NCBI GenBank assembly: GCA_041167675.1
Contig: JBEEIB010000301.1
Coordinates: 20,287-84,286 of the forward strand
Length of the DNA stretch: 64,000 nucleotides
Direction of reading: 5' to 3'
Origin: Verrucomicrobiota bacterium
GTDB lineage: Bacteria; Verrucomicrobiota; Verrucomicrobiia; Chthoniobacterales; JAFAMB01
Below, in pieces: positions 10,032-19,726 of the stretch (within the stretch, counting starts at the first letter, position 1; each line of letters begins with the position of its first letter). A program made the position numbers and the translations under genes. The notes beneath the pieces are model-generated. The model saw nothing but the letters and a program-made list of their open reading frames with translations, did no database searches and was not told the DNA's origin.

Positions 10032-11663
10032 ATGGGCGATCAGATGTGCTCGCAAGAGCACATGCATTCTCGATTTTGGGTTTGTGTCGGACTGTATTTC
10101 CTCTCATCCGCTTTCGCGGATTCGGCTGAGACTTCGAAGATAACCGAAGTAGTTGTTTATGGCGATCGCGCTCGGATCTCGCGCGAGGTAACGGTGAATG
10201 TACCTGGGGGAGACTCTCAGTTTGAGTTAGCCGGTCTTCCTGGCGACTTGGACGAAAATTCTGTCGGAATCACCGTTCGATCCGGCAGTTCCGTAATCAT
10301 TCGCGGCATGGACGTCCAGAGGGAGTTCTTGAGCGAGAATGCGGATGCACGCAGCTTGGATCTCCTGAAGCAACTTGATCAACTGCAGAATCAGAAGCGA
10401 GCCCTTCAATCGCAACAAGGTGTGTTCGAGGATAAACGGGAATTCTTTCGCAAGCTGAATACCGGCGGGGATCGCAACGATAAGCAGGTATTCTCGGCTG
10501 ATGAACTCAAGAAGCTTTATGATTTGTATTCGGGGGAACTGGCGGCGATTGCCAGCGCGTCTCTCCCGCTCGACGCAGCGGATCGCAAACTGAACCCTGA
10601 GATCGAGCGGATAGAGAAGGAACTCGGCCAACTCAGTCAAAAGAAAGAGCAGCACCGGGTTTCGGTCACCGTTCAGTCCCAATCTGCTGCCGAGCTTCGC
10701 ATCGAACTGCGGTACGTGGTTCATAACGCTTGGTGGCTTCCAGTTTACGAAGCACGAGTGGACACCTCCAGCGGCAAGGTTTCACTAATGTATGACGCGA
10801 TGATTCGGCAGCGTACAGGTGAGGATTGGACCAAGGCGAGACTGACGGTATCCACTGCTCGTCCTGAACAGAATAATCAACTGCCGGAACTGGAGCCTAA
10901 GTACTTGCGATTCTCGCAACCAGTGCCGGCGTCCCCTCCTCGCTCGATGGCCTTCAAATCGGAGAAGCCAAGTGCGACTCCAACGGCGAAGGAGGAGGCA
11001 ACCGAGCAAGATAACGTGGCTCAAATTGAGAGCGCACAGCTGGAAAGCAACGGACTTTCGGTGGCCTACCAGGTGGCGGTACCCGCAACCATTCCGTCCG
11101 ATGGACAAGCGCATCGAACTAATCTCACCCAAATTGAATTGAGCGGTAAACTGTCATACGCGACGAGCCCCGGGTTGGAACCGGCCGCGTTCCTGAAAGA
11201 GCATCTAACAAATACCGGCCCCGATCCGCTGCTGCCGGGAAAGGTGAATCTGTTTCGAGATGGTGATCTGATCGGGAGCCTGCCGCTGCCGCTAATTTCG
11301 GCTGGAGCGGAGTTTGACCTGTTTTGTGGCCGAGATGACGCAGTAAAAATCGAACACAAGGAATTGGTAAATCGCGATGCGGAAATTGGAATTCTTTCGC
11401 ACCGCAAACAGAATCAGCGGAAGTATCAGATTGCCATCCAAGACTTTCGCAAGAATCCGATCAAGCTAACGGTTTACGACCAGATTCCGATCTCCCAGGA
11501 TAATGATATTACCGTGACACCTGGGCAATACTCCCTCAAACCAACCGGTGTCGACAAGGATACCGGGAAGATCACCTGGGACCTGGATTTGGCCCCAAGC
11601 GAGAAGAAAACAATCGAATTTGACTACACGGTTGAATGGCCTGCCGGAAAGACGATTGAATAG
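10032..11663 (+). CDS. DUF4140/DUF4139 (MuiA-like) protein; start likely 10062
   Basis: ITEVVVYGDRARISR, coiled coil, Y.V.NAWW.P.Y, RQRTGEDW...LTVSTARP, TIPSDG, LLPG, DQIPIS, G.ITW. Confidence 0.88.
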   Translation: MGDQMCSQEHMHSRFWVCVGLYFLSSAFADSAETSKITEVVVYGDRARISREVTVNVPGGDSQFELAGLPGDLDENSVGITVRSGSSVIIRGMDVQREFLSENADARSLDLLKQLDQLQNQKRALQSQQGVFEDKREFFRKLNTGGDRNDKQVFSADELKKLYDLYSGELAAIASASLPLDAADRKLNPEIERIEKELGQLSQKKEQHRVSVTVQSQSAAELRIELRYVVHNAWWLPVYEARVDTSSGKVSLMYDAMIRQRTGEDWTKARLTVSTARPEQNNQLPELEPKYLRFSQPVPASPPRSMAFKSEKPSATPTAKEEATEQDNVAQIESAQLESNGLSVAYQVAVPATIPSDGQAHRTNLTQIELSGKLSYATSPGLEPAAFLKEHLTNTGPDPLLPGKVNLFRDGDLIGSLPLPLISAGAEFDLFCGRDDAVKIEHKELVNRDAEIGILSHRKQNQRKYQIAIQDFRKNPIKLTVYDQIPISQDNDITVTPGQYSLKPTGVDKDTGKITWDLDLAPSEKKTIEFDYTVEWPAGKTIE

Positions 11664-11679
11664 GGGAGCCGCCGGTCTG

Positions 11680-12918
11680 TCAGTCATTCTGAAAAAGCGC
11701 GGCAAAGGCTCCGTCCATATTATTCTGGAGCGGTCCGACTTTACGAGATTCCAAGCAGGCTAGTTGCGGAAATTGGTTGAGAATCTCCGAGACCACCTGC
11801 TCATTTTCTTCCGGTTCAATGCTGCAAGTGCTGTAGACCATCCGTCCGCCTCGGCGCAGATAAGGCACGATATTCTCGACCATGCGGAGCTGCAGATGAG
11901 ACATTCTGCGGAAATCATCGGGGGTGAGCCGCCAGCGTACATCGGTGCGGCGCCGAATTACGCCGGTATTTGAGCAGGGGGCATCTACCAATATGGCATC
12001 AAACGTGGGACTTCCGGCTGGAAGCGGGCTCCTTAGCCAATCTACCAGGATCACTTCGGTATTGGTTACTCCTAACCGGACGAGATTTTGCTGTAACCGA
12101 GAGAGGCGCAGGGGTTCGTAGTCACCGGCAAACAGTTGCCCTCGGTTTTGCATCAATTGTGCAAGATAGCAGGCCTTCCCGCCAGGAGCGGCGCACGCAT
12201 CGAGTACTCGCTCCCCCGGTTTCGGAGCAAGCAGCTCGCATGGAATCAGTGTACTCGGATCTTGCACGTAAACCACGCCGGCCGAAATCCACTCGGATGG
12301 AAGATGTTCTACCTCGAGACAGTCCTCTCGATCGGGCAAAGGCTTTGCGCCCGGCACGCTATGCAGCAGCTCGCCTGGGGTTACCCGAAGCTCGTTGGCC
12401 CGGACGTAAATCTTAGCCGGCTGGTTGTTCCATGCACAAAGTTGAGTGGCTTCCGTTTCACCCCATGCTCCCTGCCATTTGAGATAAAGAAATTCCGGAT
12501 GGGAATAGCGAACGTGTACTGGCGCGTTTTCGAGTTCTTCGAGGACCGCCTCTTTTTCGGCAATTGATTTCCGCAGAATAGCATTCACCAGAGTTCGTGC
12601 CGGCCCGGCAATATTTACCGTTTCGTAGACAGCCGCGTGTGCGGGAATCCGCATTTTGTAAAGTTGATACAAACCAAGCCGTAAAACTTGGCGAGTCGCA
12701 GAATCCAATTTGTTTGCCCGAAACCTACGGATGACAAAGTCCAATAGGGTACGATTTCGGATTACTCCGTAAAAAGTCTCGGTGACAAAGGCTCGATTAC
12801 TTTGTGGAAGGTCGGATTGTTCAAGCGTTCGGTGCAGGACTCCGTCGGCAAACTCGCGGCTGGATTCCCAGCGCTGCAGCGCTTTCAAACAACAGATGCG
12901 AGGATTACTGGCTGCCAT
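11680..12918 (-). CDS. rsmB: 16S rRNA m5C967 methyltransferase RsmB/Sun
   Basis: NusB-like N-terminus (LRLGLYQL...P.HAAVYETV), YSHP, QD..T, VLDACAAPGGK, DAPCSNTG, YSTCS. Confidence 0.93.
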   Translation of the reverse strand: MAASNPRICCLKALQRWESSREFADGVLHRTLEQSDLPQSNRAFVTETFYGVIRNRTLLDFVIRRFRANKLDSATRQVLRLGLYQLYKMRIPAHAAVYETVNIAGPARTLVNAILRKSIAEKEAVLEELENAPVHVRYSHPEFLYLKWQGAWGETEATQLCAWNNQPAKIYVRANELRVTPGELLHSVPGAKPLPDREDCLEVEHLPSEWISAGVVYVQDPSTLIPCELLAPKPGERVLDACAAPGGKACYLAQLMQNRGQLFAGDYEPLRLSRLQQNLVRLGVTNTEVILVDWLRSPLPAGSPTFDAILVDAPCSNTGVIRRRTDVRWRLTPDDFRRMSHLQLRMVENIVPYLRRGGRMVYSTCSIEPEENEQVVSEILNQFPQLACLESRKVGPLQNNMDGAFAALFQND

Positions 12919-13018
12919 AGACAACGCGCACAAAATGTTCTTTCCCCTTCCGCTGGCCCGGATGCTGAAAGTTAAGGTTCCATAAAATTTAACCGGTGCC
13001 ACCGGTTTTGGGGGAACG

Positions 13019-13155
13019 GCTTTGGAAAGGAGAGGCTGCCGAATCCTCCAAATGGTCCGCAGATGGGTGCGGTTGTCTTTCCGGCTACGTGAGCTTTGTT
13101 GAAACGGCCGTCGAGGCGGACCACTGGCGTGGTTGGGACTGCCTATCGCCGGAGC
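13019..13155 (+). ncRNA. Candidate structured RNA (long interrupted hairpin) between rsmB and ugd
   Basis: Nested pairings 13019-25/13149-55, 13033-36/13141-44, 13042-45/13131-34, 13053-60/13116-23, 13070-75/13105-10, 13078-81/13101-04; G-U pairs work on the + strand. Confidence 0.3.
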
Positions 13156-13163
13156 AAAAGCGC

Positions 13164-14483
13164 TTAAGCCACAGCGGCCTTAGTCCATGGTCGCCCGATC
13201 GCGTAATATTGAAAGCCGAGATCTCTCATCGTTGCCGGGTCGAATAGATTCCTTCCGTCGAAAACGATTGGCGTGTGCATACGGCGGCGTACTTCGGTCA
13301 GGTCCACGTTGCTAAAATCCGGCCACTCCGTCGCTAAAACTAAAGTTTCCGCATCCTGCACCGCCTCGAGTGCGGAATTGGCCAGACGAACTCCTGGACA
13401 AAGCTTAAGTTCTTGTACTCTTTCGTTGCCTTTAGGGTCGTAGGCCGTCACCTGAGCGCCTTCTTGGAGAAGATCGTTTACCAGATCGACCGCCACCGAG
13501 CTCCGCACGTCATCGGTATCGGGTTTAAAGGTAAGGCCCCAAACCGCGATTCGCTTTTCCTTCAGCACCCAGAGCTTGTCACGTAACTTCTTTACGAAGC
13601 GCTCGCGCTGACGCTGGTTTATCCTCTGGACTTCCCGCAGGAGTTGGAAAGGTTCGCCGATTTGTTCGCTCAGGGCTATGAACGCGGCAATATCCTTGGG
13701 GAAGCACGACCCGCCGTACCCGAGACCGGCGTTGAGAAAGCTGCGTCCGATTCTTTTGTCCGCTCCAATCCCATCGGCAACCTTTTCGACATCTGCTCCA
13801 CTCGCTTCGCAAATGGCGGACAGCGCATTAATATAAGAAATTTTGAGGGCAAGAAAGGAGTTGGCGGCGTGCTTGATCAGTTCGGCGCTATTGATGTCCG
13901 TGACCATGATGGGCGCCATGAACGGTTCGTAAACCTTTTTCATGATCGCTAAAGCGCGCTCGCTGTTTGATCCGATCACAATGCGATCGGGTTCCAGGAG
14001 ATCGGCAACCGCGCACCCCTCGCGCAGAAATTCAGGATTGCTTACAACGTCGAAATCGACATTCACTTTGTTGTATCGCCGAATGGTATCGGCCACTTTT
14101 TCTCCGGTCTTCACCGGGACAGTGCTCTTGTCGACGATTACCCGGTATTCTTTGAGCACTGAAGCAATTTCGCGAGCGACCCGCTCGATGTAAGTCAGAT
14201 CCACGCTGCCATCGGTTTGCGGGGGGGTCGGAACGGCGATGAATACAACTTCAGAGTTATCGACCCCTTCTTCGATGCTGCCGCTAAAATGCAGGCGGTG
14301 GGCCGAGACGTTCCGCTGAACCAGTTGTTCAAGACCAGGTTCATAGATCGGGACTTTGCCATTCCGGAGGGCCTTCACTTTGCGTTCGTCATTATCAACG
14401 CAGATCACCTCGTGGCCCACTTCCGCAAAACAAGCGCCGGTAACCAACCCAACGTAACCGGACCCGATAATTGCAATCTTCAT
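13164..14483 (-). CDS. ugd: UDP-glucose 6-dehydrogenase
   Basis: GSGYVGL, IAVPTP, KSTVP, SNPEFLREG, AELIK, GYGGSCFPKD, FKPDTDD.R, DGRN. Confidence 0.96.
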   Translation of the reverse strand: MKIAIIGSGYVGLVTGACFAEVGHEVICVDNDERKVKALRNGKVPIYEPGLEQLVQRNVSAHRLHFSGSIEEGVDNSEVVFIAVPTPPQTDGSVDLTYIERVAREIASVLKEYRVIVDKSTVPVKTGEKVADTIRRYNKVNVDFDVVSNPEFLREGCAVADLLEPDRIVIGSNSERALAIMKKVYEPFMAPIMVTDINSAELIKHAANSFLALKISYINALSAICEASGADVEKVADGIGADKRIGRSFLNAGLGYGGSCFPKDIAAFIALSEQIGEPFQLLREVQRINQRQRERFVKKLRDKLWVLKEKRIAVWGLTFKPDTDDVRSSVAVDLVNDLLQEGAQVTAYDPKGNERVQELKLCPGVRLANSALEAVQDAETLVLATEWPDFSNVDLTEVRRRMHTPIVFDGRNLFDPATMRDLGFQYYAIGRPWTKAAVA

Positions 14484-14556
14484 AAGGACTCTGAAATCAA
14501 AGCTGTTCCAATAACGCCGTTTGCCCGTATGTCCAGCGAAAGCTCTTGTCTGGATC

Positions 14557-16815
14557 TTATAGACCGCTGCTCGGATTCAGATCAATCGGCAGACCGAAGC
14601 GAGGCAAATCTTTGAGTGTTAAGATCAGCTGAACGCCGACGTCTTGCTTTCCGCCGCCGTTGTCGCGGGTAATTAGCCCGAGAGAGGCGACCCAACTGCT
14701 TAAATCGCGATGGATGATATACCGCTGCTCTTGGAAGCGGCCGATCGTAGCCTCGTAATTCTCGTAAACGCTGAATCCCCAGTTATCATTGATGCGATAG
14801 TAAGTTTGCAGGTAAATTTGATGGCTGTTCGGGAAGTTGGGATTGTGGTCCAGGTAGAGGTCACCTAAAGAGATATCGAGGCTTGGCGTAACCGTCCAAG
14901 AAAGATACGTATTGACCTCCCAGAACTGTTTGTTGCTGAAAACCGGTAGCTGCGAATTTACAACCAGAGCGAGCCAAGGCACCGGGTTGAACCGGACATT
15001 GTTGACGAAGTCGGAGTAGTGGCCCGGCTGATACGGGTTTTTGAAATTAATATCGAAATAGTTGTCTACCTCCAGCCAGTTCATGGTTGTGTTATCGCGC
15101 CTGGTTTGCAGGCGATTCCGAATACCGAGTCGCCAGACGGTCGAATGGTCAATCGAATCGGTCGCGACAAATTGGGGGAAATCAATCGGCGGTATCTGAG
15201 AGCTTGGAATGAAGCGATCAAAAGGGAGTATATCGTTCGGCTTGAGCGTCGGATTCGAAACCCAGGAGAAGTTAGTAAAGGGTTGAATGACGTGGCGCAA
15301 TCCATCCAAGCCCAGCCATCGGATCTGAACGCCTTCGTATGCTCGGGACAGCTTGAAGGAAGCCTCAACGCCAGCGTTGAACACAAGCCGCGTTCCTGCC
15401 CCTTGGCTCTGAACCGTACCTTCGGCCGGAAACGTGTTATTGAATAAAGAGTTCGCCTGGACGAATTGCCCGGTAGGGTCGTAGTACGTACCTCGAATCC
15501 CGACGCGCGGGACGATCGAAAGCCATCCAAAATAAGTCTTTGGGTAGGTAAGCTGGTGGAATGTATCAAACCGAAATGCGGCGTAGTTGGGATTTGGCGT
15601 GCTAGACACTCCGGGCGTAATCGGCGTGGTTGCGACAGACGGGAATGCTTCGCGCAGGTAACCGGCGCTGGTGGTCGCCTCATAAAAAATGGGGGAATTG
15701 AACAAGGGCGTGCGGGCCACTTCCCAGGAAAACTCGGGTAACCGCTCAGTGGTCTGAAAAAATGGGTTTACCTGGTAACGCACGAAACCGCTGAGCGTGT
15801 AAGCTTCTCCCTTTTTAATGACCTCGACAAAATTGTCTGGCTGCGGATTGGTCTCGAATTCAAATGGATAAAAATCCTGGAGCAGAAACGCGTCACTGAG
15901 TTTATTTACCTCGACTACGGCAGAGATATCGCTCGTGAGAAACGTCCGCGACTCGTAACTGAGCCGGTAGCGGCCGGGACTTATCCGTGGTCGTCCCAAA
16001 GACGTCTCGTTCAGGTTAGGCTCCTGGTCATTGATAAAAAAGGTCTTTAGGGTGCCGACGTTCTCGTCGTTGTCGCCAAAACTGTACTTGAGATCCAACC
16101 CAATCGAGGGACCGCGTAACGAGCTGTAGTTAAGATGCAAAGTCGCGTCAGTATAATCATTTACCGGAAACTTGATCAGGGTGAACAAGAACGCATTGTA
16201 GGTGCTGTTGTATCCAACGCTGGGTAAAATTGAGAATTCGTCATTCAGCGACTGATAGAGGTATGGGAACCAGAAGACCGGTATGGTGCCGACATATAAG
16301 GTGGCATTGGTAAAGATGACCCGATCATTCGGGTAAATCCGCATGCCTCTGGCTTTGAGGTGGTAGTCCGGTTTGGACGAATCGCTCGTGGTCAGCGAGC
16401 CATTGTAGACTTTGTATTCGTTCTCCTGAATGGAGGAGAGATTCTCTCCGGTAAATAGGAACGGCGTCTTAGCTCCACCAAAATCCGCTGCATTCAGTTT
16501 CTTGGTTTCGAGGTTGTAGACCGCCCGGTCACAAACAAACAAATAATCGCCTCGATAGATCCGCACGCGATCTTTCAGAAGCACATCGTGCGTGTCCGGG
16601 TTGTATTCGGCGTACTCGGAGTAGATCGCTACATCGCCGTAGTGAATGACGACATGCTTCTGGGCGATGGCGATGCCGCCTTCAAATTTGGTTTCGCCGG
16701 CGGTAATCTCGACCGGGAATTCGCCGAACTTCGGGAGCTCCGTAATGTCTTGTTGGGCCCGACAGATTACCGTAAATAAAAGCAAAAGAGAGAAGGCGAT
16801 TAGCCGGCCAAACAT
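14557..16815 (-). CDS. lptD: LPS-assembly outer membrane protein LptD
   Basis: Signal peptide, OstA-like N-domain, PVFWFPY, LSD..FL.DF, aromatic-rich beta strands, HRDLSSW near the C-terminus. Confidence 0.82.
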   Translation of the reverse strand: MFGRLIAFSLLLLFTVICRAQQDITELPKFGEFPVEITAGETKFEGGIAIAQKHVVIHYGDVAIYSEYAEYNPDTHDVLLKDRVRIYRGDYLFVCDRAVYNLETKKLNAADFGGAKTPFLFTGENLSSIQENEYKVYNGSLTTSDSSKPDYHLKARGMRIYPNDRVIFTNATLYVGTIPVFWFPYLYQSLNDEFSILPSVGYNSTYNAFLFTLIKFPVNDYTDATLHLNYSSLRGPSIGLDLKYSFGDNDENVGTLKTFFINDQEPNLNETSLGRPRISPGRYRLSYESRTFLTSDISAVVEVNKLSDAFLLQDFYPFEFETNPQPDNFVEVIKKGEAYTLSGFVRYQVNPFFQTTERLPEFSWEVARTPLFNSPIFYEATTSAGYLREAFPSVATTPITPGVSSTPNPNYAAFRFDTFHQLTYPKTYFGWLSIVPRVGIRGTYYDPTGQFVQANSLFNNTFPAEGTVQSQGAGTRLVFNAGVEASFKLSRAYEGVQIRWLGLDGLRHVIQPFTNFSWVSNPTLKPNDILPFDRFIPSSQIPPIDFPQFVATDSIDHSTVWRLGIRNRLQTRRDNTTMNWLEVDNYFDINFKNPYQPGHYSDFVNNVRFNPVPWLALVVNSQLPVFSNKQFWEVNTYLSWTVTPSLDISLGDLYLDHNPNFPNSHQIYLQTYYRINDNWGFSVYENYEATIGRFQEQRYIIHRDLSSWVASLGLITRDNGGGKQDVGVQLILTLKDLPRFGLPIDLNPSSGL

Positions 16816-16946
16816 GGGAGAGATCAGAGCATTGAAAATGAATTCCAGCGAATCGCGGCTAGGCGATAAAAGCAAGGAGAAACCTTTACTTAGACGACCA
16901 GCGGTAAAGCCACGGCGGCTAGCCGAGTCTTGCTAGACCGTCGTTT

Positions 16947-17918
16947 CTAATCCGAATAGCCGTTCGGGTGCTTTGCGTGCCAGGCCCACGCGCTCTGAAC
17001 AATTTCGTGGATGTCCTGATATTTCGGTGTCCATCCCAACTGCTTTTTGGCTTTTTCCGATGCAGCGACCAGTCGCGGAGGATCGCCTGGCCGCCGCGAT
17101 TTTTGCAGAACCGGAATTTTGTGTCCGGTTATCTGGCGGCAAGCTTCGATGACCTCAGAAACGGAGACCCCTCCGCCGGTTCCTAAGTTGAAATAGCCGC
17201 TCTCGGCCGTCGAAAGGGCAAGGATGTGGGCCTGGGCGAGATCCCGGACATGGATGTAGTCACGGATGCAAGTGCCATCGGGAGTGGGGTAGTCCGTACC
17301 AAATATCTCCGCATGCGTGCTATGCCCAAGAGCGACGGCGAGGATGCGCGGGATCAAATGAGTCTCTATCCGGTGATGTTCACCAAATCGCTCGGACGCT
17401 CCTGCCGCGTTGAAGTAACGAAGGGCAACATATTTGATCCCGTGAATTCGCTGGAACCAGCGGAGGATCTTTTCGAACATCAATTTTGACTCTCCGTACG
17501 GATTAATCGGATTTTGCGCGTTCTCTTCGTCGATTGGCACTCTTTCCGGGATACCGTACGTGGCGCAGGTAGATGAGAACACGAAGCTTTTCGCTCCTGC
17601 CTCAACCGCCGCATGCAGCAGGTTAAGGCCACCGTAGACGTTGTTATGAAAATACTTGTATGGATTCTCCATCGACTCGCCCACCAGCGCGTTTGCAGCG
17701 AAATGCAATATCGCCTCTGGTCCGGTTGAGCCGACTGCGGAAAAGACCGATTCGGGATCGCGCAGGTCCCCCGTGATTAGCCGGGCACGAGGATCGACCG
17801 CCTGCCGATGCCCCTCCGAACAATTATCGAAAACAGTGACTGCGTGTCCGAGGTTGAGCAGTTCCTCAACACAGACACTTCCGATGTAACCAGCCCCGCC
17901 GGTGACGAATACATTCAC
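16947..17918 (-). CDS. galE: UDP-glucose 4-epimerase
   Basis: TGGAGYIGS, HFAA..LVGES, FSSTCATYG, NPYGESK, LRYFNAAGA, DGTCIRDYIHV. Confidence 0.96.
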   Translation of the reverse strand: MNVFVTGGAGYIGSVCVEELLNLGHAVTVFDNCSEGHRQAVDPRARLITGDLRDPESVFSAVGSTGPEAILHFAANALVGESMENPYKYFHNNVYGGLNLLHAAVEAGAKSFVFSSTCATYGIPERVPIDEENAQNPINPYGESKLMFEKILRWFQRIHGIKYVALRYFNAAGASERFGEHHRIETHLIPRILAVALGHSTHAEIFGTDYPTPDGTCIRDYIHVRDLAQAHILALSTAESGYFNLGTGGGVSVSEVIEACRQITGHKIPVLQKSRRPGDPPRLVAASEKAKKQLGWTPKYQDIHEIVQSAWAWHAKHPNGYSD

Positions 17919-18030
17919 AGGGCGTGAGCCTAGCCGGATTTTCTGGGCTGCCTAGCGAAAAAAAGTCAGACGCTTTCTGATTCGGAGGCGACCGTTTTCG
18001 TGAGAGCGCAATTGCACCGGCCGAAGCCAG

Positions 18031-18528
18031 CTAGATTTTGGATTGAAGAATGGATACCATTCTTCGGACGTAGCCGGCGCGACATCGCGGGCGCAGAATC
18101 TTGAGACTGTCTTGGTAAGAACCAAGCTCGAGCAGCTCTATTGTTACATCTCTTGAGCCCCAGTAGCTCATCATTGCGCGAGTGGGCATATAAAGGTCGA
18201 TCGTGTTCTTTCCCACCAGGGCAGAACCGTAGTCGTCAATGACATAAAGCTGTTTTTGGCCGAGAATCTTGAACTTGGTGCCCAGAGGGAATCTAGACCA
18301 GTCGGCGGCCGCGCTATTGCATCCGCCAACGGCTAATTGAGTACCAACCGCATTGCTCCTACCATATCGGCGATGGCCGGACTCCGAGTGCGTATATGCG
18401 GTCATCCTTACCTGCACGGTTTTCGGTGAGCCTTTGGTGGATGCCGCAGATTTGTTGTGAAAATCATCGAGCGCACAACTTGTAACCAAGAACGACAATC
18501 CCGCCGAGAGCAGGGGGAACAATTTCAT
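18031..18528 (-). CDS. 3D-domain lipoprotein (putative peptidoglycan lytic transglycosylase)
   Basis: Lipobox VTSC; MTAY, SAAADWSRFPLGT, IDDYGSALVG, TIDLY. Confidence 0.85.
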   Translation of the reverse strand: MKLFPLLSAGLSFLVTSCALDDFHNKSAASTKGSPKTVQVRMTAYTHSESGHRRYGRSNAVGTQLAVGGCNSAAADWSRFPLGTKFKILGQKQLYVIDDYGSALVGKNTIDLYMPTRAMMSYWGSRDVTIELLELGSYQDSLKILRPRCRAGYVRRMVSILQSKI

Positions 18529-18770
18529 AAAGCCCGGAAAGTTCTTGTTTCAATCGGGATGTCAACAGATATCTCCAAATTCCACATTGTCGTGAAACTG
18601 TCAGAATTAGGGGGGTGAGTCCGATTTCGCGACAAAACGCAGGCAAATTTTGTCGCTCTTTGCCCGATATTATGCCAAACCGCGTTTCGTTGGGAAGATA
18701 AAAATGGGCGAAACGGACGAGCGGTCGCGACGAGGCGGTGACCGACTAAACTCTTGGCAGACTATGCCCG

Positions 18771-19583
18771 TTAATCTACGCCGGCGACGCTTTCTTCTTT
18801 GATATCGCTAAATCGGGCAAACGCGCAGATACCGCGTTGAGAAGATCGGATGAAATTCCAGAACTCCTGGACCGAGGCCGACCAAGTCGTTTCCGCCGCA
18901 CGTTCTATGGCCTCGGTGGTTTTCAAGCCTGAATGATACAAGAGTTCATGTGCTTTTTTTACCTCGGTTCGCAAAGCCGAACCGAATCCTGCCCGGCGCA
19001 GTCCCAGGCTATTGATCCCCACAATGCTGTTCATTCCGACCGCGATCGAGAAAGGAGGGATATCTTTGCTGATTGCCGCAGAACCGGCCACCATGGATAT
19101 CGTTCCGATCCGAATCTTCTGGTGAAAGACCGCGCCACCGCCGAGAAACGCTCGGTCGCCGACCTGGACATGACCTCCCAGCAACACATTGTTGGCTAGA
19201 ATGACATGGTTTCCTATCTGCGCGTTATGTCCCAAATGCGCCCCCACCATCAGCATGTTGTGAGAACCGACGATGGTCGCGCTCCCGGGTTCCGTACCGC
19301 GATGAATCGTACAATGCTCCCGGATGACATTGCCATCCCCTAGCTCTACCCGCGTCGAAGAATTGCGATCAAACGCGAGGTCTTGCGGTAGTCCTCCAAT
19401 GACACTTCCATAGCCGATCAGGTTTCCGGATCCGATCCGAACTTCTCCAGTGAGGATTGCGTGGGCCTGAATCTCATTATCCGGGCCAATGACTGTTGGG
19501 CCCTCGATTACCACATAGGGCCCAATCTTTGTCCCCGGCCCAATTTCGGCACATGAATCGATAATTGCGCTCGGATGAATCAT
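18771..19583 (-). CDS. lpxA: UDP-N-acetylglucosamine O-acyltransferase
   Basis: MIHPSAII, hexapeptide repeats, PQDL, IRE..TIHRGT, AHLGHN, HQ, DIPPF, GIN.LGLRRAGF. Confidence 0.9.
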   Translation of the reverse strand: MIHPSAIIDSCAEIGPGTKIGPYVVIEGPTVIGPDNEIQAHAILTGEVRIGSGNLIGYGSVIGGLPQDLAFDRNSSTRVELGDGNVIREHCTIHRGTEPGSATIVGSHNMLMVGAHLGHNAQIGNHVILANNVLLGGHVQVGDRAFLGGGAVFHQKIRIGTISMVAGSAAISKDIPPFSIAVGMNSIVGINSLGLRRAGFGSALRTEVKKAHELLYHSGLKTTEAIERAAETTWSASVQEFWNFIRSSQRGICAFARFSDIKEESVAGVD

Positions 19584-19726
19584 TCGGAACTAATAGAATG
19601 CTTCCCGGCGGTCTGTCGAAACATTCGAAGAAATGAACGCGTTCGATAAGGCGAAAGCCTGGTCGGAGGCGTCCGCAGCAGGGATCAGCACCTGCCGGTC
19701 CGAGGCGGGATCGAACGGACTGCCGA

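Noticed and set aside
18587-18635. Inverted repeat TTGTCGTGAAA/TTTCGCGACAA with GGGGTGAGTCC as a ydaO riboswitch for the 3D gene
   Set aside because: The resembling motif is on the wrong strand and other conserved elements are missing; at most a simple hairpin or operator
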